A DNA stretch of 63,124 bases, filler included, from Octopus bimaculoides (lineage: Eukaryota), in NCBI RefSeq assembly GCF_001194135.2. It is 6 parts of 6 records of this genome, joined end to end, with 100 filler letters (N's around TTAATTAATTAA, not from the genome) between each part and the next. Parts side by side here need not be neighbours in the genome. Positions count along the whole stretch, not along the records: positions 51,383 to 55,781 come from NC_069004.1; positions 55,882 to 60,141 come from NC_068998.1; positions 60,242 to 63,124 come from NC_069002.1; 3 more parts are not named here. One strand, given 5' to 3'. Below are positions 54,165 through 63,124 of the stretch, piece after piece. Position 1 is the first letter of the stretch; every line of letters starts with the position of its first letter. A program made the position numbers and the translations under genes. The notes under the pieces are model-generated. The model did no database searches. It was given only the letters and a program-made list of their open reading frames with translations, and was not told the origin of the DNA.

Positions 54165-55743
54165 TGATATATGATAAAATTTCCCAAAATTTTAATTCGC
54201 CGAAGGAATTTCTAATGAACTTATGATAGAAACCATTCGGTTGTTGCTGTGGTATTTATTCTTATCTTACCGAATATGATTAACCCTACGATTAAAAACT
54301 TTCCAACTATAACAATCTCCTCCGATCTGCTGACAAGTTGACTAAGACGTCATAAATGTATACGTCCTATTTTTCTTACGATAGCAATTGCATTGACCAA
54401 AAATTACAGGACAAAACGTATTCCTCCAATTTGAACTTCACATTATATGGAATGCTATTCCAAAATTCTAAAGGCTGCAGCTACATTTCAACGCCATTGA
54501 TCAAACCCTTATCCTCTCGCATTCATAGCTGTTGTAAAAAAATCCCAACACATTTGAACGGCATCTCTTATCTATTTCCGTCAGTTTCACGTCAATATAT
54601 TACACCGACGTTATCCACACGTCTGTTCTGTATTTAGAGCTCCAATCTGTAGCCATTCGTCCGTTTTATGTCTTTAAAGTTCTCAAGCTTTTCTCTATCG
54701 ATATTTTGTCTCTATTATAATTCAATATCTTTTTATCCACTCGAAGCATTCACACTTTTAAAGTAACTATTTCACATCAAATGATAAAATAAAACTCTTT
54801 GCTATGTGAAGCTGAAATCAATACGGGTGGTGGTGGTGGCGGCGNNNNNNNNNNNNNNNNNNNNNNNNNNNNNNNNNNNNNNNNNNNNNNNNNNNNNNNN
54901 NNNNNNGGTGGTGGTGAGGGTGCAAGAATACGAAGTTCCCATTTTCTCTTTCTATTTCTCTTTGGCAAATTCTAAGCCAGCTTCGCGAAAGCATAATCTA
55001 CTTCTAAGCTATTTCTAAACATACGAACATACGATGATTCTACTCAAATACCCACAAACACGTACACACAACACAAAGCCAACACACACACACACTCACA
55101 AAAGACATCATATATACACAAGCAACACGCACGGACGACACCACACATCAATGACACCCATATACATACATACATACACATACATACATATATATATATA
55201 TACATATATATATACGTTACAGCCCTCAAAACTTCTTGACGTATTCTCCAACGATTGTTCTAGGTGGCAAGACGCCATACACTATCTCACTAGATAATTA
55301 TGAGGCCCATCCATTGATTTTAAATCACAAGTGCATTTGTTTCGGATTAAACTCGATGTCCTTTTTTCTTTCCTTGTTACTTGGCAAATATCCTTACTTT
55401 TAACACATTCTATTTTCATGTATGTTATTCTGTCAATCGTGTATTTTCGCCTGGTCGAAAGATATCGGATTCTAGTTTCTAGTTTCAAATTTCATTCCTT
55501 CATTTATTGTCTTGCCAAAGTTCTTTCTTATTTTATTTTACTTTACTCTGTCACTTATTTCTTCAGGTTACTTGATAAATAAGGAGAGAATGATAACATA
55601 GAATGTTCCAACAGTCATCTATATACCTATCTATCTATCTCTCTATCTATCTATCTATCTATCTATCGCTCTATCTACATATGTCCATATGTATATAAAT
55701 ATACACACATATATATATATATAATAAATACGAATATATATAC

Positions 55744-55781
<38 letters not shown>

Positions 55782-55881
55782 NNNNNNNNNNNNNNNNNNN
55801 NNNNNNNNNNNNNNNNNNNNNNNNNTTAATTAATTAANNNNNNNNNNNNNNNNNNNNNNNNNNNNNNNNNNNNNNNNNNNN
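55782..55881. other. Artificial scaffold spacer
   Basis: Same layout. Confidence 0.95.
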
Positions 55882-57177
55882 ATATATATGCCCATAAGCG
55901 GACATGTGAACGTGATGTGCTTAACTATGTGTTACTATTTGGATTTCAAGGGCATAATGATGTATCAGTGAGTATCTGTTTGCATGTATGTCTGTATAAG
56001 CATGTATGTGTGTATGTGTACACGCACACATATAAGTGTGTATCTGTATTTGTGCTAATAAGTGAGTGTACGTGTGTGTATACGTGTGTGTTTGTGATAA
56101 CATTTCTATCTGTCAGATTCTTTATTTAATTAGCATGCTAGTTCGTATATACTTAAATGGATGTATCTGCTGTGAAAAGTGGGTGGGGTTACCTTAACAC
56201 AATATATGTTTTCATGTAGAGACACGCAAAAGAGAAAAGGCCAATATTGTGTGATTAAATTTCAGGGTCGCTTCTGTGTCAGCGGTAGGTTATCATTTCG
56301 CGAAATATTTCCAGCAAACGATTTGCAAAGTGCCAGTAATTTAAGGTCGATTGTACTTAATCGAAAAAATATAACTGAATTTGTAAGCTTAAAAGTACAA
56401 TGTGGTTTGATAAAAACACTTAACTGTTCGCTCAGGGAGGTAATTTTATTTTTAATGAGCGAAGTAAAATAACTGAAGTAGACGAATGACTTTTATTTGA
56501 ATAAATAATTTTTGGCCGATGTATTGAATAATGTACGGAGGAAAAATTTCTAAATAAACTGACTGCAATTTTCCTCTGGAATAAAAAAATCTGTATCACG
56601 CGTAAGATTAAAAGAAATTTCCAGTTCAACACATACTACGTAGTAAGTTTAAAAGGAGAGTTACGTACGTATGTATGTAAACCATATATATTTATACTCA
56701 CGATCGCGAGATTGTGGTTCCAATTCCTATACGAGGTAGTACATATTGTTCTTGAGCAAAACACTTCTCACGTTATTCTGCGATCACTTCGACGCTTGAC
56801 GTGTGGGACACCGTGCACCTGTTCTTTTCGGTTAGCCTTGTTTATTGTTTTAGCAACGTCATATCGCGCTTGGATTGGAGGTAATACCTTTTTTTTTCCA
56901 ATAAGCAATTTGGAGGTAATACCTTGTTAACACTTTTGGAGGGCAGCTACTGACCACATGCGTGATGTTTCCCACAAAAATGTGTCATAATCGAACCTCA
57001 CCATATGTATTAATCTCAATGACTCACATAGATTGTTGTTGTTGTTGTTGGTAGTGGTGGTGGTGGATGTGGTGGTGTTTAACTGAAGGCCAACCCTGAT
57101 CGAGAAAACCGATGATAAAAGTATTCCAGCCCCGAACATCTCTCCATTTTAAAGAAGATATCTGGGACTGCATAACC

Positions 57178-57455
57178 CAGTATTTGTCAACCGGAGTCCA
57201 GTCCATAAGACCCTTGGGATCCATATGACCCTTAGCGTTCACATAATATAATATTTTGCCGCTAAAATTTGTGTGCAATGTATCGGTTATATTTCTACAA
57301 TACACAAAACATTTTAATAATTTTTTAATACATTTTCCTAATATCTAATTATAAAAATATAACAACATCTTTTAAACATCGAAGGTTATGTGGGTCCACA
57401 CGAGTAAAATAGAAATCAAAGGGGTTCATAGATTAAAAATGGTTGAGAGCCACTG
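57178..57455. mobile_element. hAT-type MITE
   Basis: The right end GGTTGAGAGCCACTG is the reverse complement of a CAGTGGCTCTCAACC hAT-type TIR; the left end CAGTATTTGTCAACC matches it 11/15. 8-bp TSD GCATAACC (57170-77) / GTATAACC (57456-63). Confidence 0.75.
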
Positions 57456-58282
57456 GTATAACCTACGGCGTTCTTTTATTTATTCAGACAATGGAGTATG
57501 ATTTGATGTAGAGTTACTTGGTATTTCTACCAATTCAACCTGCTGTGTAGTTTTCTCTCATTATTGGTGTACTTTGATTTTTGGTGTTGTTATATTTGTT
57601 TAGTTCCAGCTCAGTCTTATTAAACCAAACTTATGACCAATAGTATTCCAACTGTAATCATCCTATTTTTCTTCAGCCATACGCTATATCGACGACTACA
57701 ATTACAAATGCAGCTTCGTTCTCTAAAAAGAGGTGAGGTGTGATTTGAAAATATGGCATCTATTCCTAGGAGGTCGAACAAGCTCCAGAAAGACTCAAAG
57801 CCCTGCTCGATATAGATGGTGCTTGTGATGTTCAGTAGAATTAGAAACGACTCCCATCATCAACATCAGCGTCAATAACAACCTTAATTACTGTAAACCT
57901 ATGACAATGCATTGATCCAAATTGGTTTCCAAACATTTCAACAATAATCCGATAATTTATTTATTTATTTATTTTGTGTTAAATTTATCATTTCTACAGA
58001 TTTGTCTAAAAACAAAGTGTCACACATTTCTAAATCCATGTTAACATTTTATTTTATTTTATTCATTTATTTATTTATATATTTATTTACGTATTTTTAT
58101 ATTATCGGTAGCTGAGTAGCTGAGTGGCTCTATTGATTTTTATAAACGTGTGTTTTTTTTTTTAGCTATTTTTATTGATGCTGATATTTGCTTCTTTTAT
58201 TTTTTTTTGTTTATGAGGTTATGTATAAGTGCGTGCATTCAGGCGATTACAAACACACACATATGCGTCTCTGTGTGTGTGC

Positions 58283-58335
<53 letters not shown>

Positions 58336-59500
58336 TATATATGTATTCATATATATATATTTATATACACACATATATATATATTCATATATATGTATGC
58401 ATGTACATGTTTGCATATGTGTGTGTGTGTATGTGTGTGTGTGTATGTGTGTGTGTGTGTGTGGCACAGAGAGAGGGAGAGAAATGGGGAATACTATAGC
58501 ATGACTGATATGTACGGATATTATGCACTTCTGTACGCATGTATGTGAATGTATGCAAACAGACACGTGTCAAAACAATTTGAATATTATACACAATTTG
58601 GACATTTCGTGTCAGTTAAGTCAGAACGTCAACATTTCAATTGTATTAGGCTTACTAAGTTTAAACCGATCCATTCCCGGTATTTTATTGAAATACGCTA
58701 ATATTTGTGATTTCCACGCAGAGGTCATATAGAATGTAGTATCCAAAAAATATTAAAAGGCAATATCTGTACATCCTTTGATTTCAATGACTGCCTGAAT
58801 ATATAGTGGCATTGAGGAAAACAACTATCAAAAAGAGTATCATTAAAAGGGTAAAACACTTTTGGCCATCACTAAAAAAGCTGTTTTCAAGGTCGTCCGT
58901 CTAAGCGTCTCTTTAGAAGATCACCCGCACAAGAAAGGTTTTGCAGAACGGGGTGCACCAGCAAAAGGGGAAACTGCAAAAAAGAGACGGTCTGATAATA
59001 TGGAAGAGGGAACATAGGCAGGAGTTAATGTATCATGTGTCACCACACACACAGACAACTTCAAAAGGTGGTGCACAGCAGCCTAATACGTAACTCCAAA
59101 CCACTTCTCAGCAACAAGCAGTATTATTAGAGGTTGTCTTAGACTAGGGAGAAGAATAAGCAAAGTGTTGAGTAGCTATGAACGAGAATGTTTTCTGGCT
59201 CATTTAGAAACCAAAGCTGCAGAGTTTAAAAGAAGGCTGGAGAGGTGTACCTTAAGTGTTTGTAGACCAGCATCAAATCCTCGCCGTCGGTGATGGTTTG
59301 GAGTGTCATGTTACACGGAAGTGTTTGACTACTGTGTTTCCTCTGATTCACAGACTACATAGCAATCTACCAAGAGATCTTGAAGTTTTAACGGCTTCCA
59401 CCTGCCGATGAGCCAACTTTTGATACATATTTTCTGTTCTTGCCTGATTTGGAACTTGTTCAGTCAGAAAATATCTACTGTCTTGTCTGCTGATTAGTTT

Positions 59501-59630
59501 CCCGCTTGCGCAGGTTAGTCGGGAGTCACGAGGCAAGTGCAGTTGGGCGTGGCCGTCCGCACTGCGGTAGCGCGTCAACCTCCCGGTCGCTTTGGCTCAA
59601 GGGTGAGCCCCGCCGGCTTGCACGCGAAAA
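59501..59630. promoter_or_regulatory. GC/CpG-rich island, candidate promoter or retroelement 5' region
   Basis: About two-thirds GC with roughly 16 CpG in 130 bp against an AT-rich background. Contains GGGCGTGG (Sp/KLF-type box). Confidence 0.35.
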
Positions 59631-60023
59631 GCATGGAATGATGGAATCAAGGTGATTCGTTGGCAGGTTACTCAGCAGATTTGAACTCAAAAGAAAATAT
59701 AAGACGACTATCTTACGCTCCAGCAATCAAATTAGCTATGGCGACCACTGGGTTTCGAGCCGCTAAGTTGTGAGGACGTAAACAAACTAACATCGCTTTT
59801 CAAGTGGTGGTGGTGGTGGTGGTGGTGGTGGTGTTTTTGGGAGAAATGACGGGATTCTTTCAGTTTCCGTCTGTCAAATCCACTCAAGGCTTTGACTGGA
59901 CTGAGGATTGCCTAAATGCATGTGATTAGGCAGCAAGCTTCTTACTACACAGTCACGCCTACGCCTTTGGGTTGCTCGGAAAAAAGATATACTTTATTGA
60001 AAAAAATATAAAGATAGAGATAG

Positions 60024-60078
<55 letters not shown>

Positions 60079-60141
60079 GAACGATAGAAACATAACTATA
60101 CGCTATTATACATGCATATATATATATATATATATATATAT

Positions 60142-60241
60142 NNNNNNNNNNNNNNNNNNNNNNNNNNNNNNNNNNNNNNNNNNNNTTAATTAATTAANNN
60201 NNNNNNNNNNNNNNNNNNNNNNNNNNNNNNNNNNNNNNNNN
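60142..60241. other. Artificial scaffold spacer
   Basis: Same layout. Confidence 0.95.
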
Positions 60242-60444
60242 ATATATATATATATATATAAATACACACACATACATACACACACAGACACACACAGACA
60301 CACACATACACACACATACACACACAGACACACACAGACACGCACACATATATATATATATGTATAAGACAAAAGAAAGAAATCTGAAGAGAACCACAAC
60401 AGTGCCATTACTTGGAAATGAGGAATAATAGCACAAAAACTTAC

Positions 60445-60512
60445 CAAAAATCTCTCCCAAAACAAAAGAGCTTGTAGTGTAGATATGTGTGAAAGTAAAT
60501 CCTTCCCCCTTT
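60445..60512 (-). other. Candidate 68-nt exon
   Basis: Acceptor ttttttattgctgtttttacag| and donor TTG|gtaagt. All three frames are open. Confidence 0.45.
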
Positions 60513-60836
60513 CTGTAAAAACAGCAATAAAAAAATTGGAAAGAAAAATTACAAAACCAACAAAAAAAATTGGTAAGAAAGAATGAAAGGTTGCTGCTGA
60601 TGTTCAAGTTCTCTTTAGGAGTCTTCAGTTCTCGTATCCCAGAATACAATGGATATGTATTTCCTGTGCACCATTCTGTAAAAATGTAAGATGCTGTTAG
60701 TTGGATAATTGCTTTGCTTCACATACAAAAGGAAACTCTTGTGTTCCTTAAAACAGTCTTTGGTGAACTGAAAAATCCGAGAAAAAACAAAACAAAAAAG
60801 TATGAAAGTAAAAGTATAACAAAAAAAACGCAGCAA

Positions 60837-60870
<34 letters not shown>

Positions 60871-61001
60871 GTGAAAAGAATACTGGTTTCTTTTATTATT
60901 TTAAAATGGTAAGAAACAGCAGCAGTAGTAATACATACATACATCATATGTACGTACATACATATATACACATACAATCACATATATATACATACACACA
61001 C

Positions 61002-61033
<32 letters not shown>

Positions 61034-61349
61034 GTTTATAATTATAGCTTATGTATTAGATTAAAGTTGCATAATTCATTTCAAAAGGAAATATGATTCA
61101 CATTACATATGCTGATACATATATATACATTCAATTCATACATATATTGTCATCATCTTTGTCATCATTTAACGTCTGTTGTCCATGCTGGCAGAAGTTG
61201 GACAGTTTGACCACAGCTGACAAGCTTGAGAGCTGCATTCCGTTTGTTCCGACGAGTGTTCCAGTTGATCCATAATATATATATATATATTATGCACATA
61301 GATAATATATATATTCAGCTAGATGCCCTTCCTAATACCAAGCACTTTA

Positions 61350-61500
61350 CAGAGTGTGCTCGGTGCACCACACAGTCACCTTTATGTGACACTACTTGAG
61401 CACTTTTATGGGACACCGCACGGGCACTTTTACATGTTGCTGCATGAGGGCTTTTACATGGCACCACATGGTCACTTTTACCTGACACCTCAATGAATGC
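61350..61500. repeat. Degenerate ~25-bp tandem repeat
   Basis: Recurring (C)ACTTTTA(C)ATG..CACC.CA units. Confidence 0.6.
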
Positions 61501-61557
61501 TTCACACCACCCGAAGGATCTGTCTTAACACTTCTGCTGCAGAGTTCATAGATGGAT

Positions 61558-61593
<36 letters not shown>

Positions 61594-62154
61594 ATAATAT
61601 TAGGGACAAAATCCAAAATTACAGGTAAAAACTCAATTAAAATCAATTTATAAAAAATCAAAATTAAATTGAGCTTTATAGATAAAACATATATAAAATA
61701 TATAGTTTTAGGGAAAATAACCAAGTTTCAAGAACTCATCNNNNNNNNNNNNNNNNNNNNNNNNNNNNNNNNNNNNNNNNNNNNNNNNNNNNNNNNNNNN
61801 NNNNNNNNNNNNNNNNNNNNNNNNNNNNNNNNNNNNNNNNNNNNNNNNNNNNNNNNNNNNNNNNNNNNNNNNNNNNNNNNNNNNNNNNNNNNNNNNNNNN
61901 NNNNNNNNNNNNNNNNNNNNNNNNNNNNNNNNNNNNNNNNNNNNNNNNNNNNNNNNNNNNNNNNNNNNNNNNNNNNNNNNNNNNNNNNNNNNNNNNNNNN
62001 NNNNNNNNNNNNNNNNNNNNNNNNNNNNNNNNNNNNNNNNNNNNNNNNNNNNNNNNNNNNNNNNNNNNNNNNNNNNNNNNNNNNNNNNNNNNNNNNNNNN
62101 NNNNNNNNNNNNNNNNNNNNNNNNNNNNNNNNNNNNNNNNNNNNNNNNNNNNNN

Positions 62155-62192
<38 letters not shown>

Positions 62193-62229
62193 GTGTGTGT
62201 TTGTATATGAGATCATGCTCATTTGACAG

Positions 62230-62296
62230 GGATCTGCACATTTAAAGGCAGTTTTAACATCTGTATTAAAAATGTCAATTCGAGAAAAGGACACTG
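62230..62296 (+). other. Candidate 67-nt exon, possibly containing a start (MSIREKDT)
   Basis: Acceptor ctcatttgacag| and donor CTG|gtaaga. One frame is open: GSAHLKAVLTSVLKMSIREKDT. Confidence 0.35.
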
Positions 62297-63032
62297 GTAA
62301 GAAGCAGCCAAGAGTTTAAGTTGGTCGATGGTGATACCAAACACCTTCATTTCTCTTGTGTGTATTCACACTTTCTTCTCTGTTTGAAGCTAGGTTCTGT
62401 GGATATTTTGTTTCACTCAAGTTGACATTTAATTCTGTGATGAAACTCCAAATGTTTCGATGAAATTCCACAGGTATTTCAAGATAAATTTGATAAGACT
62501 GAAATTACATTCCTCTGCCGTTGTCGATGTTTGTTTAATTGCAGGAAATTACATTCAGAATAACTATCAGGTTGCTTTGATTCCCCATCCTCATTGCAAC
62601 AGTAGCAAATTGGTGGAATCAGTAGTGTGTTAGAATACAAGACTGCACTATTTGTTCTGACTTCCTGCAATCTGAGTTCAAAACCTACCTCGGTAATCTT
62701 TGTCTTTCACCAATTCACTGCTTTGATTGTATCCTTATATCCTTGCATTTTCATTAATTAGCCTCTGAGAAATTCCTGCAGTTTTGTCTTCAATAAACTG
62801 CATTGATTACCGTTACCTGGTATTGTTTTCTCTTTGAGTATTCTGTGCAATAATGCTTTTCGTTGCAGGAACCAATCCCTTTGATACACATTAAAATTCT
62901 CAAAATACCACCCCCTCATTTCCTTCATGCTTATTTTTTTTTTTACCATTCCAACTTGTTTTTCCTTTCTTTCCTTTTATTCATCTGTCCCTTCCTGGCT
63001 GTTTTAGTTATTTATTTTCTAATAATCCATGT

Positions 63033-63070
<38 letters not shown>

Positions 63071-63071
63071 G

Positions 63072-63124
<53 letters not shown>

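Noticed and set aside
59440-59650. Reading as a Tx1 zf-RVT-like remnant (VGRGRPHCG)
   Set aside because: Only one Cys aligns and no neighbouring RT motifs are found; too weak to call.

Overview
AT-rich, microsatellite-dense eukaryotic DNA. The SINE repertoire and (TA)n/(CA)n/(TCTA)n density look like a coleoid cephalopod such as Octopus (inference from familiarity, not a database hit). I recognise no intact host protein-coding gene; nearly all long ORFs in the track are artefacts of microsatellites and N gaps. Supported content: two RTE-type LINE 3' fragments (one with the RT YADD motif), a CR1/L2-like tail, an L1/Tx1-like ORF1-ORF2 junction, a Tc1/mariner transposase remnant, mariner- and hAT-derived MITEs, and several SINE families, some with clear TSDs. 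Five artificial 100-bp spacers (44 N + TTAATTAATTAA + 44 N) show the window is stitched from six pieces. The most interesting signals are a minimal type I hammerhead-ribozyme motif at 16427-16463, related degenerate motifs in Penelope-like remnants, long hairpins/palindromes, a CpG-rich unclassified MITE, and splice-site-bounded, apparently non-coding minus-strand exon candidates. I cannot claim a fully new biological system from this sequence alone.
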